Source of the DNA: Angustibacter luteus
GTDB taxonomy: Bacteria > Actinomycetota > Actinomycetes > Actinomycetales > Angustibacteraceae
DNA: 64,000 bases
Reading direction: 5' to 3'
Assembly: GCF_039541115.1 (NCBI RefSeq)
Contig: NZ_BAABFP010000005.1
Span: 124,001 to 188,000 of the forward strand
Shown: positions 22,410 through 31,692 of the stretch, piece after piece
Position numbering within the stretch: the first letter of the stretch is position 1
Layout of the letters: each line of letters starts with the position of its first letter
The notes under the pieces: model-generated
What the model was told of the DNA's origin: nothing
Database searches by the model: none
The model's input: the letters and a program-made list of their open reading frames with translations, nothing else
Translations under genes and position numbers: made by a program

Positions 22410-23036
22410 GTGAGTGCGCCTCGCGTCGTGCTCGTCCTGCGCGGACGGCTGGACGGTGTGCGGGCCTGGGCCCGCTCCGGGCTGGTGCCGGTGTGGATCG
22501 TGCCGGACGTCGCGTGGACCCTCGTCGTGCCCGCCGGCCCCGCCGAGTCCGCGCCGCCCTACGACGACCCGGTGGCCCTGCTCGGCGGCCGACCCGTGCC
22601 GGGCCGGCTGCGGCCGGTGATGTGCTTCGTCGCGGACGGACCGCGGGCCGCCGTGACGCTGCAGCGCGGTCGACGACAGGACGCCCGCTGGCTCGGCTGG
22701 ACCGGCGAGATCGGTCCACACCGGGTCGACGACCTCCCGCTGGCGTCCCCGGACCTGCTGGCGGAGCTGGCCGGCGTCGGCGCGCAGGCGCGCACCGACC
22801 GGCGGGCCGACCTCCGCGAAGCCCTGCGACCGGACGGCCGCAGCGGCGCCGACGTCGTGGACGACCTGCTGCGCGCCCTGGGGCTGCCCGGGGCCGGGCT
22901 CACCCTGGGGGCCGTCGCCGCGGGTGACCTGCCGGGAGCCGTCCGGATCGAGCCGGACGACAAGCTCGTGCAGCGGTTCGACCGCTACGCCGCCGACGAG
23001 GCCAGGCTGTCCGCCCAGCTCGAGGAGGGCCAGTGA
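22410..23036 (+). CDS. Hypothetical protein within the his operon
   Basis: 208-aa ORF filling the hisB-hisH gap; stop overlaps hisH start; no motif recognised. Confidence 0.65.
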   Translation: MSAPRVVLVLRGRLDGVRAWARSGLVPVWIVPDVAWTLVVPAGPAESAPPYDDPVALLGGRPVPGRLRPVMCFVADGPRAAVTLQRGRRQDARWLGWTGEIGPHRVDDLPLASPDLLAELAGVGAQARTDRRADLREALRPDGRSGADVVDDLLRALGLPGAGLTLGAVAAGDLPGAVRIEPDDKLVQRFDRYAADEARLSAQLEEGQ

Positions 23037-23683
23037 GCACGCCCCAGGTGGTGGTCCTCGACTACGGCTCGGGCAACGTGCACTCGGCCGTGCGGGCCCT
23101 GGAGCGAGTGGGCGCGCAGGTGCGCCTCACCGCCGACCGCCAGGGCGCGCTGGACTGCGACGGGCTGGTGGTGCCCGGGGTCGGGGCGTTCTCGGCCTGC
23201 GTGGCCGGCCTGGCTGCCGTTCGTGGCCCCGAGCTGGTCGACCGGCGGCTGGCCGGGGGGCGACCGGTGCTGGGCATCTGCGTCGGCCACCAGGTCATGT
23301 TCGAGCGTTCCACCGAGCCGTACGCCGCCGGCGTGCTCGACGGGCTGGGGGAGTGGCCCGGGGTCGTCGAGCGGCTGCCGGCGGACGTCGTCCCGCACAT
23401 GGGGTGGAACACCGTGCAGGCCGCTGAGGGCTCACGGCTGTTCGCCGGGGTCGAGCAGGAGCGCTTCTACTTCGTGCACTCCTACGCCGTGCAGCGCTGG
23501 CTGCTCGAGCCCCACGACGGCCAGGTGGCGCACTTCAGCGCCCCTCGGGTCAGCTGGTCCGAGCACGGCGTGCCGTTCGTCGCCGCGGTCGAGAACGGAC
23601 CGCTGTCGGCGACCCAGTTCCACCCGGAGAAGAGTGGGGACGCCGGTGCGCACCTGCTGGAGAACTGGGTGCGGTCGCTGTGA
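23033..23683 (+). CDS. hisH: Imidazole glycerol phosphate synthase, glutaminase subunit
   Basis: [36 protein letters not shown]. Confidence 0.96.
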   Translation: MSTPQVVVLDYGSGNVHSAVRALERVGAQVRLTADRQGALDCDGLVVPGVGAFSACVAGLAAVRGPELVDRRLAGGRPVLGICVGHQVMFERSTEPYAAGVLDGLGEWPGVVERLPADVVPHMGWNTVQAAEGSRLFAGVEQERFYFVHSYAVQRWLLEPHDGQVAHFSAPRVSWSEHGVPFVAAVENGPLSATQFHPEKSGDAGAHLLENWVRSL

Positions 23684-24468
23684 CCGCCACCCCGTCAGAC
23701 CCCACCCCGAGGAGCGTTCCTGTGTCCGGTGAGCCCAGGCTCCAGCTGCTGCCCGCGGTCGACGTGGCCGACGGGCTGGCCGTCCGCCTCGTGCAGGGTG
23801 AGGCGGGCAGCGAGACCTCGTACGGCGACCCGCTGGCGGCCGCCCTGGCCTGGCAGCAGGACGGCGCCGAGTGGATCCACCTCGTCGACCTCGACGCGGC
23901 CTTCGGGCGCGGCACGAACCACGAGCTGCTCGCGACCGTCGTGGCACGGCTGGACGTCGCCGTCGAGCTCAGTGGTGGCATCCGGGACGACGAGTCGCTG
24001 GCCCGCGCCCTGGGTACGGGCTGCGCCCGGGTGAACCTGGGCACCGCCGCGCTGGAGGACCCGGAGTGGACCGCGGCGGCCATCGCCCGCCACGGCGACC
24101 GCATCGCGGTCGGGCTCGACGTCCGGGGGACGACGCTCGCCGCGCGCGGCTGGACGCAGGAGGGCGGCGACCTGTGGGAGACGCTGGAGCGCCTCGACCG
24201 GGACGGCTGCGCGCGGTACGTCCTGACCGACGTCACGAAGGACGGCACGTTGCGCGGGCCCAACGTCGACCTGCTGCGCGAGCTGTGCGAACGCACGAGC
24301 GCCCCGGTGGTGGCCAGCGGCGGCGTCTCCAGCCTCGAGGACCTGGCGACCCTGCGGACGCTGGTGCCGTTGGGGGTCGAGGGTGCCATCGTCGGCAAGG
24401 CGCTGTACGCGCAGGCGTTCACGCTCCCGGACGCGCTCGACGTGGCCGGCCGGCCCGGTCCGGGCTGA
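23680..24468 (+). CDS. priA: Bifunctional HisA/TrpF isomerase PriA
   Basis: [40 protein letters not shown]. Confidence 0.94.
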   Translation: MTATPSDPTPRSVPVSGEPRLQLLPAVDVADGLAVRLVQGEAGSETSYGDPLAAALAWQQDGAEWIHLVDLDAAFGRGTNHELLATVVARLDVAVELSGGIRDDESLARALGTGCARVNLGTAALEDPEWTAAAIARHGDRIAVGLDVRGTTLAARGWTQEGGDLWETLERLDRDGCARYVLTDVTKDGTLRGPNVDLLRELCERTSAPVVASGGVSSLEDLATLRTLVPLGVEGAIVGKALYAQAFTLPDALDVAGRPGPG

Positions 24469-25211
24469 TGACGCAGGTTCCGTCGGGCGACTCCGCGGGC
24501 ACGGCCTGGTCGGGTCGGACGTTGCCCGCCGGGGGCTTCGACGGCGATGACGGCGCCGTCGATCCCGCTGTGGCACAGGCGCTCTCGGCGCTGGAGTCCG
24601 GGCAGGGTGCGGCGCAGCAGGTGGTGGCCGCCCTGGCGGCGGCGCGGGTCCTGGTGCCCGTGGTCGCCGTCCTCGGCGAGGGTGAGCAGGCCGCGCACGG
24701 CCTGGTCGACAAGAGCGCGGACATGGCGGTCGTGACGTTGACCGCGCCGGACGGACGCCGGGCGCTACCGGTGTTCAGCGGCCTGGAGTCGTTGCAGCAG
24801 TGGGACCCCACCGCCCGCCCTGTCCCGGTCGACTGCCGTCGAGCGGCGGTCTCCGCGGTGGCCGAGGGGTGCGACGTGATGGTCCTGGATCCGGCCGGAC
24901 CGGTGGCGTTCGTGGTGTCCCGCCCCGCTGTGTGGGCGTTGGGGCAGGGCCGCGCGTGGGTGCCGGCCCACGAGGACCCGGACGTGGCCCGGGTGCTGCA
25001 GGGCGCCGCCGCGCAGGTGCCGGGCGTCGTCGGCCTGCGCGCCGAGCGCGGCGACCAGGTGGACCTGCTCGTCGTGGTGCTGCTGGCGGTCGGCCTCGAC
25101 CGCGACGAAGCCCGCGCGGCGGTCGCGGCGGTTGGCGAGCGGCTGCAGTCGGACGACCTGCTGCGCGAGCGGGTGGAGGGCGTCCAGCTCCGGGTCGAGC
25201 CCGCGGCCTGA
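24468..25211 (+). CDS. SseB family protein
   Basis: DSAGTAWSGR..FDGDDG, RVLVPVVA, DGRRALPVFS..WDPTARPVP; TGATG coupling to priA. Confidence 0.8.
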   Translation: MTQVPSGDSAGTAWSGRTLPAGGFDGDDGAVDPAVAQALSALESGQGAAQQVVAALAAARVLVPVVAVLGEGEQAAHGLVDKSADMAVVTLTAPDGRRALPVFSGLESLQQWDPTARPVPVDCRRAAVSAVAEGCDVMVLDPAGPVAFVVSRPAVWALGQGRAWVPAHEDPDVARVLQGAAAQVPGVVGLRAERGDQVDLLVVVLLAVGLDRDEARAAVAAVGERLQSDDLLRERVEGVQLRVEPAA

Positions 25212-25216
25212 CCCGC

Positions 25217-25699
25217 TCAGGTCGCCAGCGCCTTCTCGATGTCGGAGGTGATCGACTCGGGCTTGGTGGTCGGCGCGTAGCGGTCGATCACCTGACCGTC
25301 CCGGCCGACCAGGAACTTGGTGAAGTTCCACTTGATCGAGTCGCCGAGGATGCCGCCCTTCTCGGTGCGCAACCAGCGGAAGATCGGGTCCGCGCCGTCC
25401 CCGTTGACCTCGACCTTGGAGAACAGCGGAAAGGTCACGCCGAAGTTGCGCTCGCAGAAGCCGGCGATCTCGTCGTCCGCACCGGGCTCCTGGCCGCCGA
25501 ACTGGTCGCACGGGAACCCCAGGACGCGCAGGCCCTCGCTGGCGAACTTCTCGTGCAGCTCCTGCAGGCCCTGGTACTGCGGGGTGAAACCACACTGCGA
25601 TGCGGTGTTGACCACCAGGAGCACGTCGCCGGAGTAGGTGGCCAGGTCGACGGTGGTGCCGTCGATGCTGCGGGCGCTGAAGTCGTTGATCGAGGTCAC
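25217..25699 (-). CDS. Glutathione peroxidase (Cys type)
   Basis: VNTASQCGFTPQY, LGFPCDQFGGQEPG, KWNFTKFLV. Confidence 0.95.
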   Translation of the reverse strand: MTSINDFSARSIDGTTVDLATYSGDVLLVVNTASQCGFTPQYQGLQELHEKFASEGLRVLGFPCDQFGGQEPGADDEIAGFCERNFGVTFPLFSKVEVNGDGADPIFRWLRTEKGGILGDSIKWNFTKFLVGRDGQVIDRYAPTTKPESITSDIEKALAT

Positions 25700-27171
25700 G
25701 TGGTGAGTCTGTCATCGCCCGCGCCGAACCACCGGGTGAGGGCCCGCGGCAGCTCGGGGTCCGTGAGGTCACCGGCCCAGGCGACGTGCCCGTCGGGCCG
25801 GATCAGCACGGCGGCCGGTGCCTCGACCTCACCGAGGACCGGCAGCTCCCAGGCGCCGTCGTAGCCGGCCTCGACCCGCCGGACCCGGTCCGCCCACGGG
25901 CCCAGGTCGAAACCATGGGGTTCACCCAGGTCGAGGAGCACCGGGTGGGCGTCGTGCAGCAGGGCGAACACGCGGGTGGGACCCTCCGCGGTCCGCAGGT
26001 CGAGGTCCGGCATGCGCCGCCCGAGCAGCGGGTGCCCCTCGCCGAGGTCGTAGTGGATGTCCAGGCCCGAGATCATGCCGGCGGTGCGGCGGCGGGGCTC
26101 GTCCACCGCCAGGTGCTCGAGCACCGCGTCGCGCAGGGCGCGGCTGCGCTCGTCGGTGCGCGCGAGGGCGACCTGGGCCATGGTGTTCTGCAGCACACGG
26201 GCGCCGACCGGGTGCCGTTCGGAGTGGTAGGTATCGAGGAGGTGCTCGGGTGAGGTCCCGGCGACCACCTGGGCGAGCTTCCAGCCCAGGTTGACCGCGT
26301 CCTGGACCCCGGTGTTCAGGCCCTGCCCGCCTTGCGGGCCGTGCACGTGGGCGGCGTCCCCGGCGAGCAGCACCCGGCCCTGGCGGTAGGACGCCGCCTG
26401 CCGGGTCAGGTCGGTGAACCGGGAGATCCAGGTCGGGCTGTGCACGCCGAAGTCGGTGCCGTAGGCAGCAATGAGGGCCTCACGGAGGTAGGCGAGGGTG
26501 GGCTCGGTGGTGTGCCCGACGCCCTCCTCGAGCAGGACGACCCCGTACGGCCCGCCGCCCTCGGCCCGGTTCACCGGCCCGATGCCACCGCCCTCGGGTC
26601 GCCGGCCGACCGCCGGTTCCACGGCCATCTGGACCTCGGCGATCAGGAAGCTGGACGTCGGGTCCCAGCCGGCGAAGTCGATGCCCGCGGCCTTGCGGAC
26701 CAGGCTGCGCCCGCCGTCGCAGCCCACGACGTACCGCGCTCGTAGCGTGGTCCCGTCGGACAGCTGCACGTCGACGCCGGTCTCGTCCTGGGCCAGGCCT
26801 TCCACCTCGCAGCCGTGCCGGATGCGGACGCCGAGCTCGCCGACCCAGCCGGCCAGGATCGGCTCGAAGTCCCGCTGCCAGAGCGCGAGCAGGTACGGGT
26901 GGCGGGTCGGGAAGTCGCTGAGGTCGAGCGTGGTCCCGGCGTACCCGACGAACGGGTGCACCTGTCCCGCGGAGACGAACCGTTCCGCGACGCCGCGCTG
27001 GTCGAGCACCTCGATGGTCCGCGCGTGCAGGCCGCCGGACCGCGATCCGTCGAGGTCCTGGCTGGCGCGGCGTTCGACGACGACGACGTCGGCGCCGCCC
27101 AGCGCCAGCTCGGCCGCCAGCATCAGCCCGGTCGGGCCCCCGCCGACGATCACCACCGCGTGCTCGGTCAT
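25696..27171 (-). CDS. Class A FAD-dependent monooxygenase (Rox/PheA-like family)
   Basis: GGGPTG, VGCDGGRSLVRK, LLAGDAAHVH..GGQGLNTG, C-terminal LIRPDGHVAW. Confidence 0.9.
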   Translation of the reverse strand: MTEHAVVIVGGGPTGLMLAAELALGGADVVVVERRASQDLDGSRSGGLHARTIEVLDQRGVAERFVSAGQVHPFVGYAGTTLDLSDFPTRHPYLLALWQRDFEPILAGWVGELGVRIRHGCEVEGLAQDETGVDVQLSDGTTLRARYVVGCDGGRSLVRKAAGIDFAGWDPTSSFLIAEVQMAVEPAVGRRPEGGGIGPVNRAEGGGPYGVVLLEEGVGHTTEPTLAYLREALIAAYGTDFGVHSPTWISRFTDLTRQAASYRQGRVLLAGDAAHVHGPQGGQGLNTGVQDAVNLGWKLAQVVAGTSPEHLLDTYHSERHPVGARVLQNTMAQVALARTDERSRALRDAVLEHLAVDEPRRRTAGMISGLDIHYDLGEGHPLLGRRMPDLDLRTAEGPTRVFALLHDAHPVLLDLGEPHGFDLGPWADRVRRVEAGYDGAWELPVLGEVEAPAAVLIRPDGHVAWAGDLTDPELPRALTRWFGAGDDRLTT

Positions 27172-27273
27172 CGGCCCAGGTTTCCACAGTCGGCCACTGC
27201 CGCCCGAAGATCATTTCGTGGAATGCTGCCCGACGCACGGCGCCCGCGTGGGCGCCCCGCCGAAGGAGCTCCC

Positions 27274-27729
27274 GTGACCACCCAGTCCAACCTGCAGGCG
27301 AAAGGCTTTCTGGCCACCCTGTTCGACTTCAGCTTCACGTCGTTCCTGACCCTGCGCTTCCTGAAGGTCATCTACACCGTGCTGGTGGTGCTCGTCCTGC
27401 TCGGCGGTCTGTCCATCTTCATCGCGTTCGCGTCGCGGGGCGTGGGGGGCTTCATCGCCGGGCTGGTCCTGGCTCCGCTGCTCGCCCTGGTGTACCTGGT
27501 GATCGCCCGCATCTCGCTCGAAGTCGTGGCGCTGTTCTTCCGGATCGGGGAGAACACCTCGGTGATGGCCCGGGCGGCGCTGGCCGACGGCGTCGTGGCC
27601 CCGGCCTCGCCGTACGGTCAGCCGCCGGTCGCGCCGCCGACCTCGTCGACCGAGCCGACCTCGCCGATCACGTCGACCGAGCCGACCGAGCCGCCCTTCC
27701 CGCCGTCCACCACCGACCCCCTGGGGTAG
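27274..27729 (+). CDS. DUF4282-like membrane protein
   Basis: SD AAGGAG; KGFLATLFDFSFTSFLT, three TM, FRIGENT, Pro/Thr tail. Confidence 0.8.
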   Translation: MTTQSNLQAKGFLATLFDFSFTSFLTLRFLKVIYTVLVVLVLLGGLSIFIAFASRGVGGFIAGLVLAPLLALVYLVIARISLEVVALFFRIGENTSVMARAALADGVVAPASPYGQPPVAPPTSSTEPTSPITSTEPTEPPFPPSTTDPLG

Positions 27730-27762
27730 CAACGCTGAACGACGTCCGAACGGATCGCACCC

Positions 27763-29004
27763 ATGCGTGCGATCCGTTCGGACGTAGGCGAGACTCCCGG
27801 GGTGCCGCTGACTCCCTACCGCCGCGTGCTGGCCGTACCCGGCGTCCCGTCACTGACGCTGCTCGGCATCGTCGCCCGGCTGCCGAACGCAGGCACCGGC
27901 GTCATCGTCACCGTGCACGTGGTGCAGACCCTGGGGCGCAGCTACGCGGCCGCGGGACTGGTGGTGGCGGCACTGACCATCGGCACGGCCATCGGTGCGC
28001 CGTGGCGCGGGCGCATGGTCGACCGCCTGGGGCTGCGCCGGGCGCTGCTGCCCTCGCTGCTGGCCGAGGGGGTGGTGTGGTCCAGCGCGCCCTGGCTCTC
28101 CTACTGGTGGCTGGTCGGCGCGGTCGTCGTCGGGGGAGTCTTCTCGCTGCCCGTCTTCACCGTGATCCGGCTCGCGCTGTCGGCCATGGTCCCGGTGGCC
28201 TTGCGGCGCACCGCGTTCGCGCTGGACTCGGTGAGCGTCGAGGTGTCCTTCATGGTGGCGCCGGCCGCCGGCATCCTGGTGGCGACGCACATCTCGACCA
28301 CCGTCGCGCTGATCGCCCTCGGCGCGACGTCGGTGCTGGCCGGGATCGGCCTGTTCGTGATGAACCCGCCGACCCGCACGCCCGAGGGCAACGCCAGGGC
28401 GGCTGGCCACCCGTCGATCCCGATCGACGACGGGCCCAAGCCGAAGATCGCCGTGACGGCACCGCTCGTGCTCGTGCTGGTCGCGACGTCCGCGGCCACG
28501 GTGGTCCTGGCCGGCACCGACGTGTCGATCATCGCGACGCTGCGCGCGAGCGACCAGCTGCAGTGGACCGGCCTGGTCGCCTCGGTGTGGGCGTTCGCGT
28601 CACTGCTCGGCGGCGTCGTGTACGGCGCCATCCCGCGCTCCATCCCACCGACCTGGCTGCTGCTGGGCCTCGGCGCGCTGACCATCCCGGTCGCGCTGGT
28701 CAGTGGCCCGCTGGCCCTGTGCCTGGCCATGGTGCCGGCCGGGTTCCTCTGCGCGCCGGTCATCACCGCGACGGCCGAGGTCATCGCCGAGCTCGTGCCC
28801 GAGGAGGTCCGCGGCGAGGCGATGGGCTGGCACGGCTCCGCGCTGACCGCCGGTATCGCGCTGGGCGCCCCGCTGGCCGGCTACGCCATCGACAAGGTCG
28901 CGCCCTGGGCCGGCTTCGTGACCGTCGGGGTCACCGGCACCGTCGTGGCCCTGGTCGGCCTCGCCGTGTTCTCCCTCCGGGCCCGCGAGCCGCGCCCGGC
29001 CTGA
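27763..29004 (+). CDS. MFS transporter
   Basis: About 12 TM, GRMVDRLGLRR motif A; start may be GTG 27802. Confidence 0.88.
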   Translation: MRAIRSDVGETPGVPLTPYRRVLAVPGVPSLTLLGIVARLPNAGTGVIVTVHVVQTLGRSYAAAGLVVAALTIGTAIGAPWRGRMVDRLGLRRALLPSLLAEGVVWSSAPWLSYWWLVGAVVVGGVFSLPVFTVIRLALSAMVPVALRRTAFALDSVSVEVSFMVAPAAGILVATHISTTVALIALGATSVLAGIGLFVMNPPTRTPEGNARAAGHPSIPIDDGPKPKIAVTAPLVLVLVATSAATVVLAGTDVSIIATLRASDQLQWTGLVASVWAFASLLGGVVYGAIPRSIPPTWLLLGLGALTIPVALVSGPLALCLAMVPAGFLCAPVITATAEVIAELVPEEVRGEAMGWHGSALTAGIALGAPLAGYAIDKVAPWAGFVTVGVTGTVVALVGLAVFSLRAREPRPA

Positions 29005-29036
29005 CGGTCCGCCGCGATCGCGGGCAGAATCGAGCG

Positions 29037-29552
29037 ATGCGCATCGAGCTCGTCCGCGGCGACATCACCACCCAGGACGTCGACGCCGTCGTCAACGCGG
29101 CGAACTCCGGGCTGCTCGGTGGCGGTGGGGTGGACGGCGCGATCCACGCCGCCGCCGGCCCCGAGCTGCTCGAGGCGTGCCGGCGCCTGCGGGCCAGCAC
29201 GTTTCCCGACGGCCTGCCGACCGGTAAGGCGGTCGCCACCGACGCCGGGCGGCTGCCGGCCCGCTGGGTCATCCACACGGTCGGCCCGATCTACCCGCGT
29301 GCGGCGGACCCGGCGTCCGACCTCGCCTCGGCCTACCGCCAGTCCCTGCGGGTCGCCGACGAGCTCGGCGCCGGTTCGGTGGCGTTCCCGTCGATCTCCA
29401 CCGGCGCCTACGCCTACCCGCTGACCGAGGCGGCGCCGATCGCGCTGCGCACGGTGGCGACGTCCGGCAGCTCCGTCGAGCTGGTGCGGTTCGTGCTGTT
29501 CGGTGGCGCGGCGCTGGACGCCTTCCGGCGCGCCGAGCGCGACCTCAGCTGA
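29037..29552 (+). CDS. Macrodomain O-acetyl-ADP-ribose deacetylase (YmdB-like)
   Basis: GDIT, VNAAN..GGGGVDGAIH, VIHTVGP, AFPSISTGAY. Confidence 0.93.
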   Translation: MRIELVRGDITTQDVDAVVNAANSGLLGGGGVDGAIHAAAGPELLEACRRLRASTFPDGLPTGKAVATDAGRLPARWVIHTVGPIYPRAADPASDLASAYRQSLRVADELGAGSVAFPSISTGAYAYPLTEAAPIALRTVATSGSSVELVRFVLFGGAALDAFRRAERDLS

Positions 29553-29907
29553 CGGGGCCGGTCAGCTTCTCGCCGGGGCCCTGACCGGGCGGGTCCGGCA
29601 CGAGTGACGCCTCGCGGAAGGCCAGCTGGACCTGGCGCAGCCCGTCCCGCAGCAGCGACGCGTGCTGGCTCCCCACCTCGGGGGCGGCCGCGGTGACCAG
29701 CCCGGCTAGCGCGGTGATCAGCTTGCGGGCCTCGTCGAGGTCCTGGTGCTGGGCGGCGTCCTCGTCGTGACCGAGGCCGCACTTCACGGCCGCCGCGCTC
29801 ATCAGGTGCAGCGCCGTCGTGCTGATCAGCTCGATGGCCGGGACGTCGGCGATGTCCCGCTCGGGGGAGTCGCTCGGGCCGCCGGGAATAGGTGCTGCGC
29901 CGTCCAT
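29545..29907 (-). CDS. DUF1844-like protein
   Basis: RDIADVPAIELI, LMSAAAVKCGL, DLDEARKLI, QLAFREAS..PD.PG.GPGE; divergent from infC as often seen in Actinobacteria. Confidence 0.8.
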   Translation of the reverse strand: MDGAAPIPGGPSDSPERDIADVPAIELISTTALHLMSAAAVKCGLGHDEDAAQHQDLDEARKLITALAGLVTAAAPEVGSQHASLLRDGLRQVQLAFREASLVPDPPGQGPGEKLTGPVS

Positions 29908-29975
29908 GCTGTTACCCTTGCAGACTGACCGACCGGACTTGTCGGCGGCCTTCGGGTCAACGGCGGGTCAGGTAC

Positions 29976-30148
29976 GCAAGAGGAGTCTCTCCCACCCGGG
30001 TGACCACACGGTTGCCGGGTTACGGTCCGGCCGGCCTTCGGGCCGGTTGCGTGCGTGAGCACGTCGGCGCCTCGGCGTCGGTGTCGCCCGTGCCGCTGAC
30101 GGACCCGTGGTAGCTGGCTCCCCTCGCAACGGCGACGGGAGCCTTTCT
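29976..30148 (+). promoter_or_regulatory. Putative structured infC-rpmI-rplT leader (L20-leader-like)
   Basis: GCAAG-A-GGAG-TCT-CTCC-CACC, internal hairpins incl. CCGGCC-TTCG-GGCCGG, terminator-like stem 30116-30148. Confidence 0.45.
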
Positions 30149-30193
30149 CGTCTCCGCGGTCAGGACATCCGCCCGAACCGTGAGGAGCAGCAC

Positions 30194-30835
30194 ATCAGCG
30201 AGCCCCGCATCAACGACCGCATCCGGGTACCCGAGGTGCGGCTCGTCGGACCGAACGGCGAGCAGGTCGGCATCGTGCGCGTCGAGGACGCGCTCCGACT
30301 GGCGCAGGAGGCTGACCTCGACCTGGTCGAGGTGGCCCCCACCGCCCGTCCGCCGGTCTGCAAGCTCATGGACTTCGGCAAGTTCAAGTACGAAGCGGCT
30401 CTGAAGGCCCGTGAGGCCCGCAAGAACCAGATCAACACCGTGATCAAGGAGATCAAGCTCCGACCGAAGATCGACCCGCACGACTACGGCACCAAGAAGG
30501 GCCACGTCGTCCGGTTCCTCAAGGCCGGAGACAAGGTGAAGGTCACGATCATGTTCCGCGGACGTGAGCAGTCCCGGCCCGAGCTGGGCTACCGGCTGCT
30601 GCAGCGGCTCGCCGAGGACGTCGCCGAGCTCGGCTTCGTCGAGAGCGCGCCGAAGCAGGACGGCCGCAACATGATCATGGTGCTCGGACCCACGAAGAAG
30701 AAGGCCGAGGCCAAGGCCGAGGAGCGTCGCCGCCGCAGCGCGGACGACGCGCTGGCGGCCGAGGCCGGGACGACGACGGACGAGTCCGTCGAGGCCCCGG
30801 TCGTCACCGAGGCCCCGGTTCCGACCGAAGCCTGA
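30194..30835 (+). CDS. infC: Translation initiation factor IF-3 (non-canonical ATC start)
   Basis: [50 protein letters not shown] 6 nt before ATC. Confidence 0.96.
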   Translation: MSEPRINDRIRVPEVRLVGPNGEQVGIVRVEDALRLAQEADLDLVEVAPTARPPVCKLMDFGKFKYEAALKAREARKNQINTVIKEIKLRPKIDPHDYGTKKGHVVRFLKAGDKVKVTIMFRGREQSRPELGYRLLQRLAEDVAELGFVESAPKQDGRNMIMVLGPTKKKAEAKAEERRRRSADDALAAEAGTTTDESVEAPVVTEAPVPTEA

Positions 30836-30959
30836 CCGAGGACAGCACGACGGTCGCCCCGGCGACCACCAAGCTTCCGGCCGCGACACCGTCGCGGCCG
30901 GCGGACGAGACAGCACGCCCGCCACCGTGGGCGAAGCAACGACGAGGAGAACGGCAGCC

Positions 30960-31154
30960 ATGCCGAAGATGAAGACGCACAGCGGTGCGAAGAAGCGCTT
31001 CCGGATCACGGGCAAGGGCAAGGTCATGCGCGAGCAGGCCGGCCACGTCCACAAGTTCCACGAGAAGACGCCCCAGAAGGCGCGTCGCCTGTCGAACGAC
31101 GTCGTGCTCGCGCCGGCGGACACGAAGAAGATCAAGAAGCTGCTCGGCCGCTGA
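30960..31154 (+). CDS. rpmI: 50S ribosomal protein L35
   Basis: MPKMKTHSGAKKRF. Confidence 0.97.
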   Translation: MPKMKTHSGAKKRFRITGKGKVMREQAGHVHKFHEKTPQKARRLSNDVVLAPADTKKIKKLLGR

Positions 31155-31212
31155 GGCCACCGTTCCCCTGGGCGCCCGCACGGGCGCCGAGATTCACTGA
31201 AGGAGTACTCAC

Positions 31213-31593
31213 GTGGCACGCGTGAAGCGGGCGGTCAACGCCCAGAAGAAGCGCCGGGTCGTCCTCGAGCGGGCGAGCGGCTACCGCGGTCAGCGCTCGC
31301 GCCTGTACCGCAAGGCCAAGGAGCAGGTCACCCACTCGATGACCTACGCCTACCGGGACCGGCGGGCCAAGAAGGGCGACTTCCGTCGCCTCTGGATCCA
31401 GCGCATCAACGCGGCCGCTCGCGTCAACGGCATGACGTACAACCGCTTCATCCAGGGGCTCAAGGCCGCGGGTGTCGAGGTCGACCGTCGCATGCTGGCC
31501 GAGCTGGCCGTCAACGACGCTGCGGCGTTCACCGCGCTCGTCGAGCTCTCGCGTGCGAACGTCCCGGCTCAGGCCGAGACCGACGCCGCCTGA
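31213..31593 (+). CDS. rplT: 50S ribosomal protein L20
   Basis: [27 protein letters not shown]. Confidence 0.98.
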   Translation: MARVKRAVNAQKKRRVVLERASGYRGQRSRLYRKAKEQVTHSMTYAYRDRRAKKGDFRRLWIQRINAAARVNGMTYNRFIQGLKAAGVEVDRRMLAELAVNDAAAFTALVELSRANVPAQAETDAA

Positions 31594-31627
31594 GAAGAAC
31601 CGTCCGGGCCATCGCGTGCCCGACCTC

Positions 31628-31671
31628 ATGAAGCCGCCGCAGAGTGCCCGCGCACACTGCGGCGGCTTCGT
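31628..31671 (+). terminator. Stem-loop after rplT
   Basis: GAAGCCGCCGCAG ... CTGCGGCGGCTTC inverted repeat. Confidence 0.7.
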
Positions 31672-31692
31672 GCTGCCCGGGGGCGTGCGCCC

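Noticed and set aside
29037..29552. Macrodomain as part of a DarTG or Thoeris-type defence system
   Set aside because: Stand-alone YmdB-like protein with no toxin, SIR2 or TIR partner nearby
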